Assembly: GCA_037305845.1 (NCBI GenBank)
Contig: CP147778.1
Span: 960,001-1,024,000, forward strand
Reading direction: 5' to 3'
Length of the DNA: 64,000 nucleotides
Source: Candidatus Freyarchaeum deiterrae
GTDB taxonomy: Archaea; Asgardarchaeota; Jordiarchaeia; Jordiarchaeales; Jordiarchaeaceae
Shown: positions 20,984-28,778 of the stretch, one piece after another
Position numbering within the stretch: the first letter of the stretch is position 1
Layout: the number at the start of each line of letters is the position of its first letter
Notes under the pieces: model-generated
The model's input: the letters and a program-made list of their open reading frames with translations, nothing else
Told to the model about the DNA's origin: nothing
Databases searched by the model: none
Program-made: the position numbers and the translations under genes

Positions 20984-21035
20984 AGTTCAGGGAAACGGAT
21001 TTCATTCCAGAAATATAGAAATCAATTCATGAGTT

Positions 21036-21073
21036 AAGCCTCGTTCGGGGCTTTTCTATTTTTTATTTTTTTT
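21036..21073 (+). terminator. Hairpin plus T-tract terminator after the surface protein gene
   Basis: AAGCCTC-GTTC-GGGGCTT 7-bp stem followed by long T runs. Confidence 0.6.
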
Positions 21074-21140
21074 GTGAAAAATCTTATTTTGGAGACATTT
21101 TTAATTACTTGAATAAGGCTATATTTCTATTTGCTTGGTG

Positions 21141-21728
21141 ATGTTTTTGGGAAGGGTTATTATTATTTCGGGTTGTCCGGGTACTGGGAAAACAACTCTT
21201 AGCTCTGGCTTGGCCAGTGTTTTGGGTGTGGAGATTATAAGTTTGGGTGAGTTGGTGGAGAGAGAAGGTCTTTATAGTGGCGTTGATTCTGATCGGTATA
21301 CTAAAGTGGCTGATTTAGATAGGTTGGTTCCGAGGGTTGTGAAGCTTATAGAGGAAGCTGGGGGGCGTGTTATTGTGGAGGGGCATTATGCGGATATTGT
21401 TCCTTCTAAATTTGTTGATGTTGCGATTGTTTTGAGGACTCATCCTGAGGTGTTGGGTAGGAGGTTGGAGGCTAAGGGTTGGAGTGAGCGGAAGGTTAGG
21501 GAGAATGTTCAGGCGGAGATTCTTGGGTCTTGCACTTTTGATGCCTTGGAAGCTTATGGAGGTAAAAATGTGTACGAGATTGATACCTCCAATATTTCTG
21601 AGGGGGAAACGGTTTCGTTGGCGCAGAGAATAATTGATGAGAAGCCGAGTGAGTATAGGGCGGGTAGAATTGATTGGCTTTCCTTACTTGATGCTGACGA
21701 CCAGTTGGAAAAGTATTTTTCCTCTTAA
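21141..21728 (+). CDS. Adenylate kinase, AK6/Fap7/hCINAP type
   Basis: GCPGTGKTT, IVEGH, VLRT.PEVL..RL..KGWSE.KVRENVQAEILG, YEIDTS. Confidence 0.92.
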   Translation: MFLGRVIIISGCPGTGKTTLSSGLASVLGVEIISLGELVEREGLYSGVDSDRYTKVADLDRLVPRVVKLIEEAGGRVIVEGHYADIVPSKFVDVAIVLRTHPEVLGRRLEAKGWSERKVRENVQAEILGSCTFDALEAYGGKNVYEIDTSNISEGETVSLAQRIIDEKPSEYRAGRIDWLSLLDADDQLEKYFSS

Positions 21729-21744
21729 AAGAAGAGTTTTTGGT

Positions 21745-22143
21745 TTACCTTTTTTTCACTTTTTCCATCAGTTTTTGGACGGATATTTCGTAGAGTCCGT
21801 CTCTCGCCGAAAGAATCAGTGGTTTCCCGTTTACTAAGCCGTCCACATCGATTTCGAATACCCCGATGCCTTCGGCTCTGACGGCTTCTAATCCCTTTCC
21901 CTTTGATTTTTCAGAGTTGTTCTCAGTTATTATGCTGCAGGTTAAGGGAGAATGGGTTTCGTCGGGTTCTCTTTGTTCTTCTTTTACGTTTGTCTTTTTG
22001 ATTTCTTTTTGCACTTTTTCGAGTTTAAAAATGGTTGACCCGCAGTTAGAGCAATGAAATGTGCCTTGTTCAGGTGATAACTGTGTTCCACACTTTATGC
22101 AGTAATGTATGAATTCGGTTTTCGGTTTTTCTTCTTGATTCAA
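21745..22143 (-). CDS. oapC: Zn-ribbon protein OapC/ArvC (DUF2072)
   Basis: HYCIKCG...CSNCGSTIF; EAVRAEGIGVFEIDVDGL, DGLYEI; last gene of the oap operon. Confidence 0.8.
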   Translation of the reverse strand: MNQEEKPKTEFIHYCIKCGTQLSPEQGTFHCSNCGSTIFKLEKVQKEIKKTNVKEEQREPDETHSPLTCSIITENNSEKSKGKGLEAVRAEGIGVFEIDVDGLVNGKPLILSARDGLYEISVQKLMEKVKKR

Positions 22144-22157
22144 GTGGTGTATCCTTC

Positions 22158-22520
22158 TCAGTCTTGTTTGAGCATCAGGGAAATTATGCTGGATGTTTCT
22201 CTGAGAATGTTTACACTGTTTGCGGGTGCTACTATGGTTATTTTTGATTCTCCATTGGGTTTGTTTTTGCGTCTCATTAACCCCTTGCCTGTGGGGGTTT
22301 TTTTGTTGAAGGTTAGTAATTCTATCCCGGTGAATGTCTCGTAGTCTATTTCAACCATTGATTCTCTTATTAGGTCTGCTTGCTCCTCCGGTTTGAGAAC
22401 GTCTTCTATCACTAGAATTACGTTTTGTTTAACCTTCCCTACTATTAATTTTATTTTATCCTCGGAGGTTAAGCCGTTAACAATCCATTGGGGTATTATA
22501 TCTATTCTCGGATTCATCAT
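22158..22520 (-). CDS. oapB: OapB/ArvB (DUF2073)
   Basis: EDKIKLIV..VK, LKPEEQADLI..SM.EIDYETFTGIE, ITIVAPAN. Confidence 0.85.
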   Translation of the reverse strand: MMNPRIDIIPQWIVNGLTSEDKIKLIVGKVKQNVILVIEDVLKPEEQADLIRESMVEIDYETFTGIELLTFNKKTPTGKGLMRRKNKPNGESKITIVAPANSVNILRETSSIISLMLKQD

Positions 22521-22538
22521 TTTCCTTTCTCACCCTTT

Positions 22539-23153
22539 TTAGCGCGACTCCGCTATTACCTTGTAAAGTTCTTCTATGTTTTCTCCTGTTAGAGCGGATA
22601 TGGCTACGCTCTTATGATCAGGAAACGCGTCGTAGACCAGCTTGGGACGCGAATGAGGTAGGTCTATCTTGTTTGCAATGATAATGTTCGGTATGTTTTT
22701 TGCTTTCAGGTTTCCCAGAATAACAAGGTTAACCTGGTCGAAGGGCACCTTCGTGGTATCGAAGATGGTTAGAGCGAGGTCTACGTTGTCAAGCCATTGG
22801 ATAGCTTCAACCACACCTTTAGTAGCTTCTTTGGCTCTTTCAATTGCTTCCTCTTTCGATAATCCGTGCTTTAAAAAGGCCTTATAATCGACTTTACTAG
22901 AAATGCCGGGCATGTCTACAACATTCATTTTGAGGCGTCTTCCATTGTAGTGCATCTCTAGATGTTCTACGACGTTAGCGGTACGAGTTTCGTGTGGAAT
23001 AGGGGAAGCTTTCCCAGCTTCTTTTCCCATCCAGTCGGTGCAGATTCTATTTGCAAGAGTTGTTTTACCAGCGTTAGGACTACCATAAATGCCGAGTGTA
23101 AACTCACCATTTCTCCTAAAGGCACCCGAAACTTTTGAGAACCAGTCTACCAT
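22539..23153 (-). CDS. oapA: Era-like small GTPase OapA/ArvA
   Basis: GIYGSPNAGKTTLANRI, PHETR, DMPG, ERAKEATKGVVEAI, ANKIDLP, ISALTG. Confidence 0.92.
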   Translation of the reverse strand: MVDWFSKVSGAFRRNGEFTLGIYGSPNAGKTTLANRICTDWMGKEAGKASPIPHETRTANVVEHLEMHYNGRRLKMNVVDMPGISSKVDYKAFLKHGLSKEEAIERAKEATKGVVEAIQWLDNVDLALTIFDTTKVPFDQVNLVILGNLKAKNIPNIIIANKIDLPHSRPKLVYDAFPDHKSVAISALTGENIEELYKVIAESR

Positions 23154-23154
23154 T

Positions 23155-23367
23155 TTACTCCACCAATCCTACTCTACTAAACAAAACTTCAGAGGAATCG
23201 TTTCCTCCTACACCTAAACTAGGATAACAGTGACATAGAGCCGTTCTTAAAACATGTTTACAGTCCTCATTGGACTTTGAGTTTTCAGGGGACGTGGTAT
23301 AATGATAGAGTGTAGTGAAAGGTAGATTCGCAGTGCGAGAGTAAATATTCGAAAGTTTCAGCGACAT
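23155..23367 (-). CDS. Possible 70-aa ORF directly upstream of oapA
   Basis: ATG at 23367 with a GGTG SD; stop lies 1 nt before the oapA ATG; no recognisable domain. Confidence 0.3.
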   Translation of the reverse strand: MSLKLSNIYSRTANLPFTTLYHYTTSPENSKSNEDCKHVLRTALCHCYPSLGVGGNDSSEVLFSRVGLVE

Positions 23368-23691
23368 AACATTCACACCAGGTCCCTCAGTAAAAACAGA
23401 TTTAGCCGGCAATAGTTGTTTTGTTGTACTTATAATTTAAAAATATGTAATATGGGGATAACACTGAAATCCTACCTAGAAACAAAATTGTGGAAACACC
23501 AACATTTTTCTAACAAAATTCAAAAAGCTATTACATTTATCAGAAACTGTATCATTAGTTACATAATTAACTCGCATCGCCGTTTCAAATCGGTTTTAAA
23601 ACTAAATTCTTTATGAGGATAGCACTGATTCTGAGAAGTTTTATATATTATTTAATATTTATAGTTCAGAAAAACATATTGAGGAAAAAAA

Positions 23692-24177
23692 ATGTCCACA
23701 ATAAAGAGGAAAGTCTTCAAAGTTCTGAGTTGGACTGCTTTAATTGCAGGATTAGTCGGATTCGTGGTCAGCGCTCTCATTGTTCCGAATGCTTTACGAG
23801 TCCACTTTGTTCCATTGACGCCTATCCGAGGAGCTAACAACTTTGATCAACCAGTACTCTTAACATATGATGGCTACATTTACGATTTTAACGCGATGAC
23901 GAATATTAATCTGATGTTTCCAAATGGTACGGTAATCGGGAGTAATACAAGCCTAGCCGCATATCCTTTAGGATTGTACGCAAATTCATACTCTTTCGCA
24001 ATTATAGATCTTTCAATCAACTGTCCCCAGTCAGCCATCGATTGGTCAAAGGCAAACAATCAACCGTTATTTGTATTTACAATCATTGAAGCATGGTTCA
24101 ATCTTCCACTCGGTGGTCAGAACGTTCTCATAACTCCTGTCACAATTTATAACCTTTACCCAGTCTATCCTCAATAG
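23692..24177 (+). CDS. Hypothetical N-anchored exported protein
   Basis: Basic N-terminus, TM segment, then a beta-rich domain with sequons. Confidence 0.7.
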   Translation: MSTIKRKVFKVLSWTALIAGLVGFVVSALIVPNALRVHFVPLTPIRGANNFDQPVLLTYDGYIYDFNAMTNINLMFPNGTVIGSNTSLAAYPLGLYANSYSFAIIDLSINCPQSAIDWSKANNQPLFVFTIIEAWFNLPLGGQNVLITPVTIYNLYPVYPQ

Positions 24178-24192
24178 TATCCGGAGGAATGA

Positions 24193-24726
24193 ATGTTGTC
24201 ATTTTTTAAGACGATATTAAGAAATCCGCTTTACACTGGCATAGTCTACGGAGTGGAATACTTCGTCACTTTTTCAGTTGTACCCCTCTTAGTGGGTTCT
24301 GTCGCAGAGCAATTTGGTATCATAATACAGAGTTTTAATTCTCTAATACTGATAATAATTGGAGCAGGGATCGCCACGCTGATTTTCTTTCAGAAGTTTT
24401 TGCGCAGGAGCCATTTTAGGCTGAGTGGTGGTTTTGGAATAGCACGATATCTGGTATCACTGGGATATACCTATGTTCTATTTGACATGCTACACTTTAT
24501 TTGGGTCTATGGTTCCATTTATCAGATTCTCTTAAGTTCAATTTTGCATTCGAGTTCAATGACATGGATTACAGTTGATTACAGCTTCGTTCTATGGGTC
24601 GTAATAATTGCGTTCTTAATCAGATTCGTTCGATACAGCTATCAGATCATTTTCGCCAGTGACCTCAAAGGAGAAAAAGGAGTAGAAACACTAGAAGAAG
24701 AAATAAAAGAAGAAGTAGAAGACTAG
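24193..24726 (+). CDS. Hypothetical multi-pass membrane protein
   Basis: About 4 TM segments, GGAGG SD, acidic C-terminal tail. Confidence 0.75.
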   Translation: MLSFFKTILRNPLYTGIVYGVEYFVTFSVVPLLVGSVAEQFGIIIQSFNSLILIIIGAGIATLIFFQKFLRRSHFRLSGGFGIARYLVSLGYTYVLFDMLHFIWVYGSIYQILLSSILHSSSMTWITVDYSFVLWVVIIAFLIRFVRYSYQIIFASDLKGEKGVETLEEEIKEEVED

Positions 24727-24869
24727 AAGTGAAAAAGAGCGTACCCCGATAAAAAAAACATTTTTTTCTTTTTATGTTCAAAATAAAATGTTTCAGACTT
24801 AGGAAAAGTGGGAGTTAGTAAACTTTTTATAGTTTTATTTTGCTTTCAGTAAGTAGGGAAAGTGGTCTC

Positions 24870-25559
24870 ATGAAGCTTCTCGGCGCGGCTAAAATAAGCG
24901 ATAAGAACAGGATAACCCTATCAAAGGAGGTAAGAGATAAGTTAAAAGTAGACTCGGGGGATCTCCTTCTATTCTTTGAAGATGACGAAGGAAACGTTTT
25001 GGTTTGTACAGAGAACACCTTACCCTCAGGAAAAAGCGGCGTAGAAGCCCTTAAGTTGCTGGTAACCGGTCCCTACAGCGCTGGGAAGAGCACCGTTGTT
25101 TCTAATCTATCGAGAAAAGCTGCAAACATAGAGGCCTTCGGGACCACGGTTGGCCTAGACTTTGGTAGGAAATACGACGAGGTTAATGTTTTAGACATTC
25201 ACATTTTCGGTACTCCGGGTCACAAGCGTTTCGCCTTCCTGCAGGAGATACTCGCTCAGGGAAGCGCTGGGGTTCTCTTGGTGGTTGATAGCACAAATCC
25301 CGAAACCTTCAGTTTAGCTCAAGACATACTCTACCGAGTGAAGAGGGAGATAAGTGAAGACGCCCCCATCGTTATTTTGGCCAATAAGCAAGACCTAGAG
25401 GGCGCTCTATCACCCGAAGAAGTGGCCAAACAGCTGAACGTTGGAGTAGATGTACCAGTTGTGGGTACGGTAGCCACGCAGAATCAGGGCCTGAGAGAAG
25501 CCTTACAATTAATACTTAAACAAATAAGTAAAAAAGCGGAAAAAAAGACAAACGAATGA
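24870..25559 (+). CDS. AbrB/MazE DNA-binding domain fused to an MglA/Arf-like small GTPase
   Basis: AKISDKNRITLSKEVRDKLKVDSGDLLLF (AbrB); GPYSAGKST, TTVGLDFG, FGTPGH, ANKQD. Confidence 0.85.
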   Translation: MKLLGAAKISDKNRITLSKEVRDKLKVDSGDLLLFFEDDEGNVLVCTENTLPSGKSGVEALKLLVTGPYSAGKSTVVSNLSRKAANIEAFGTTVGLDFGRKYDEVNVLDIHIFGTPGHKRFAFLQEILAQGSAGVLLVVDSTNPETFSLAQDILYRVKREISEDAPIVILANKQDLEGALSPEEVAKQLNVGVDVPVVGTVATQNQGLREALQLILKQISKKAEKKTNE

Positions 25560-25676
25560 GAAGCCTCAACTTCCTCGCACTCCATAATTGACATAACTAA
25601 GCTTCGAATCAGCGAATGCTTCTAAATGTGAAATGCGTTGTATTTTATACTCTTCTTCTATAAAATTTATGATTCT

Positions 25677-26717
25677 TTAGTCTTCTATTTCGAATGTTCT
25701 TCGTATCGCCTTAATTATATGTAGTATTGAAGCGTTTTCTAGCTCTGAGGCAGTTATCAGTCCATCCTGAGAGATTATTAGGGGAACCGTTATCTCTTCT
25801 TCGGTGATTCCACCATGGCTTCCCTCTGTTTTCATATCTCCTAGCTCATAGCCCTTTTCAGCTGTTACAACTAAGTCGCCGCTTCTTGGATGGAGAAGTT
25901 TTAACTCGGAAATTCGTTCACTTTCCATAACTTCTTGGATGCCCTTGGTTTCAGTTAGAAATTCGTATATCTGGTGCTTTTGTTCTGGGGTGTTGATGTA
26001 TACGTGGGAGGTTCTATGGGTGGCTAGTGTGATAGCATCTAGATTTTTTTGTCTGAGTAGTTTGTTTAGTTGAATTTGTCTTTTGCCATCGGTCATCCCG
26101 TGGTCTGCGGAAACAATCATGCAAACTTCTTGGCCTTGGGAGTGATACACCTCAAAAATTTTCTTTAGAGCTTTATCTACGTCCTCAACGATTTTTATGG
26201 TTTCTTTGCTATTTGGTCCGTAAGTTTCTCCTATACTGTCAACTGCGGTATAGTTTGCTACTATAAGGTCTGGTTTTTCTTTTTTTATTAGTTTGATAGA
26301 TTCTTCTAATACTTTGCTATTCTGGGTTAGAACTGGGAAACTTTGAATGTAATTTTTCGAAACAATGTGTTTTGCCCCTTTTGTGACTGGTTCTGCTATA
26401 GCCGCTGTTTCTAATCCGGCTGAACTCGCTTCTTCGAAAATGGTTGCCGCTTCAATGCTAGCATTAGGGTCATAAAAGTCAAAATTTCTCGATTCCTTAG
26501 CTTCCCTATCATAGAACAGATTACCAACTATACCGTGCTCTTCAGGATATGTCCCGGTAATTATGGAGGCATGTCCGGTATAGGTTGCTGAGGGAAACAC
26601 CGTTTGGCAGGACATGGTAGATACGCCGTTATTTGACAGTTGGCTCAAGAAAGGGGTCTTTGAATTTTTTATCCAATTGACATTGCAGCCATCAAGAACC
26701 GCTAGGTAAACCTTCAT
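25677..26717 (-). CDS. Alkaline-phosphatase-superfamily nucleotide pyrophosphatase/phosphodiesterase
   Basis: LDG, FPSATYTGHASIITG.YPEEHGIVGN, SADHGM, GSHGG. Confidence 0.88.
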   Translation of the reverse strand: MKVYLAVLDGCNVNWIKNSKTPFLSQLSNNGVSTMSCQTVFPSATYTGHASIITGTYPEEHGIVGNLFYDREAKESRNFDFYDPNASIEAATIFEEASSAGLETAAIAEPVTKGAKHIVSKNYIQSFPVLTQNSKVLEESIKLIKKEKPDLIVANYTAVDSIGETYGPNSKETIKIVEDVDKALKKIFEVYHSQGQEVCMIVSADHGMTDGKRQIQLNKLLRQKNLDAITLATHRTSHVYINTPEQKHQIYEFLTETKGIQEVMESERISELKLLHPRSGDLVVTAEKGYELGDMKTEGSHGGITEEEITVPLIISQDGLITASELENASILHIIKAIRRTFEIED

Positions 26718-26786
26718 GTTCCTCCGCCCAGTAAGAATGAATGGTTCTTCACTAAATTTAAATTAATAGTGTGGTGAATTACTAAT

Positions 26787-28038
26787 ATGTATTTTCAGGA
26801 TATTATACACGGTGAGATTAGACCTGATGAACTAGGGTTAAACCTTCTTAAAACAGATACGATGAAGTCTCTTTCAGGCAAAATGGACATAGGCAATATT
26901 AACTTGGTTTATCCTGACGCTAAGCATACTCGACTTGAGCATTGCTTGGGAGTTATGTATACTGCAAACGAGATTTGCAGCTCCCTTTCAGGAAAAGGCT
27001 ATGAAATTGATGAAGAAGCAGTAATCATTAGACTCGCTGGACTGCTCCATGATATAGGGCACGGGCCTGAAGTGTTCTAACACTTTAGGGTGTAAACCTT
27101 TCTCACACGGGTCGGAGATAATATTTCAAGAAAAAACCGGTCTCACCCATGAACAAATGAGTCAAAAGATAATACGGGAGAAAACATCAGATATTAACTC
27201 GGTGCTTAGAAACTCAGGGATTAGCGACAAGGAAATCAGTGAAATTGCAGACATGATTCTCGGAGTGAATAAGAGGAGACCATTCTTAGGAGAAATAATT
27301 CACTGGATGGTGGACGCTGATAAACTGGACTATCTTCCCAGAGACTCACACTCGACTGGATTTTTACCATCCCTAGTTCAAAGCGCCCCCATAATTGATT
27401 CTATAAAACTTTCTGAAGAACATATAGTTTTTGATAAAAGCGCGATTCCCTACTTGGAGTCTATGGTTTTCGCTGAAGCTTTATACTACAACAACATTCA
27501 TCATCATCCATTAGTGAGAAAAGCTGATCAGACCCTCTCGAGAGCGATAAAAATTGCAATTGAAAAAGGTGCGACAAAACCCCTAGATATACAAAGGATG
27601 ACCGATAACCAGATTATAAATTTCCTCAAAAAAATGGGAGAAAAAGCAGCCCATCTAGTATTAAGAATGCAAAATAAGCCATTACACACTATTCTAACTA
27701 TAAACTGGGAAGAACTCGACAAAGATGCGATAAAACAAGTGTTAAAAATAAAGGATAACTACCAGAAAAGAGAGAAATTGGAAAGCGCCATCGCTAGTCA
27801 CGTCGGCGATGACCCAGATTTCGTCATGTTGGATATACCTCCGCTTCCATACATTCAGGAGGCGGATACGCCTATCATAACCGAAGAAGAAGAGGTAAAA
27901 CTGCTTAAAGGGGTCTCAAACTTAACCAGAGTGATAAGTGAAAATCACTATAACCAGTGGAGCCTTTGTGTCTACTCCGAAAAAGAGTGTAAAAAAAGCA
28001 TGGAAAGCCTTAGAGAATTCCTCTTATCCCAAATTTAG
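26787..28038 (+). CDS. HD-domain phosphohydrolase (dNTP triphosphohydrolase/SAMHD1-like), join(26787..27064,27096..28038), 406 aa after intron removal
   Basis: VYPDAKHTRLEHCLGV, LLHDIGHG|PFSH rebuilt across the intron, HEQMS, DADKLDYLPRDS, YY...HHPLVR. Confidence 0.88.
27065..27095 (+). other. 31-nt bulge-helix-bulge (tRNA-endonuclease-type) intron in a protein-coding gene
   Basis: Central 4-bp helix GCAC(27059-62)/GTGT(27090-93); 3-nt bulges GGG(27063-65) and AAA(27094-96); 10-bp intron stem 27066-75/27080-89; exon stem AGG/CCT; canonical cuts give CAC GGA CCT TTC TCA CAC = HGPFSH. Confidence 0.85.
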
Positions 28039-28202
28039 AGCCTTTAGAAGGTTGTATTAGTTTAAAAACAATAAATTTAGGTCAAAAAAGGTCAAAAATA
28101 ATTTATATTAGAAAGTTTTAAATTTTTACAAACCTATGGAACAATCAGAAAGCGATTGAGAAAATAATGTGATGTGCAAGATCAAAAAAAAGTAGTGGTA
28201 CT

Positions 28203-28730
28203 ATGTCTGGAGAATACGACTACCTGTTCAAGATAATCGTAATCGGTGATGGTGCGGTTGGAAAAACCAGCCTAACCGTGAGATTTTCACAGGGATACTT
28301 CAAAGAAGATTACAAGATGACAATAGGCGTAGATTTTGCTGTAAAAACAGTTACTATTGACACGAATAATGGGTCTAAAACCGCTAAGCTACAGATTTGG
28401 GATACTGGTGGTCAAGAGAGGTTTTCTTACATTCGTCCTTTGTATTATCGTGGTGCTATGGGTGCTCTTTTGGTTTATGACGTTACTAAGCGGGAGACTT
28501 TTGAACATCTAGAGGGCTGGTTAGCTGAGGTTGGTAAGCATTGCCCTTCGATTCCTATGGTGATGGTTGGTAACAAGACCGATATGCCGGGTAGAGCTGT
28601 TTCTTTAGAGGATGCTTTGGAGTTTTCGATTGATCGTAATATGATGTACTTTGAGACCAGCGCTAAGCAAGGAACCAATGTAGAGTTTGCGTTTAGCGAT
28701 CTTACTAGAATTCTGATTGATTACATGTAG
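28203..28730 (+). CDS. Rab-like small GTPase (eukaryotic signature protein)
   Basis: YDYLFKIIVIGDGAVGKTS, TIGVDF, KLQIWDTGGQERF, YYRGA, LVYDVT, GNKTD, ETSAK. Confidence 0.95.
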   Translation: MSGEYDYLFKIIVIGDGAVGKTSLTVRFSQGYFKEDYKMTIGVDFAVKTVTIDTNNGSKTAKLQIWDTGGQERFSYIRPLYYRGAMGALLVYDVTKRETFEHLEGWLAEVGKHCPSIPMVMVGNKTDMPGRAVSLEDALEFSIDRNMMYFETSAKQGTNVEFAFSDLTRILIDYM

Positions 28731-28778
28731 CCGAATTTTTTGGCAATTTCTTTATAGGTTTTTCTTGTTTCCAGATTT

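Noticed and set aside
23155-23690. Replication origin next to oapA
   Set aside because: No repeated ORB elements and no cdc6/orc1 gene in the window
26787-28038. HD gene as a pseudogene, two separate genes, or a programmed frameshift
   Set aside because: Both halves are otherwise intact, the 31-nt insert forms an exact BHB whose canonical cuts restore the motif, and frameshifting alone would leave about 10 extra residues in the active-site motif
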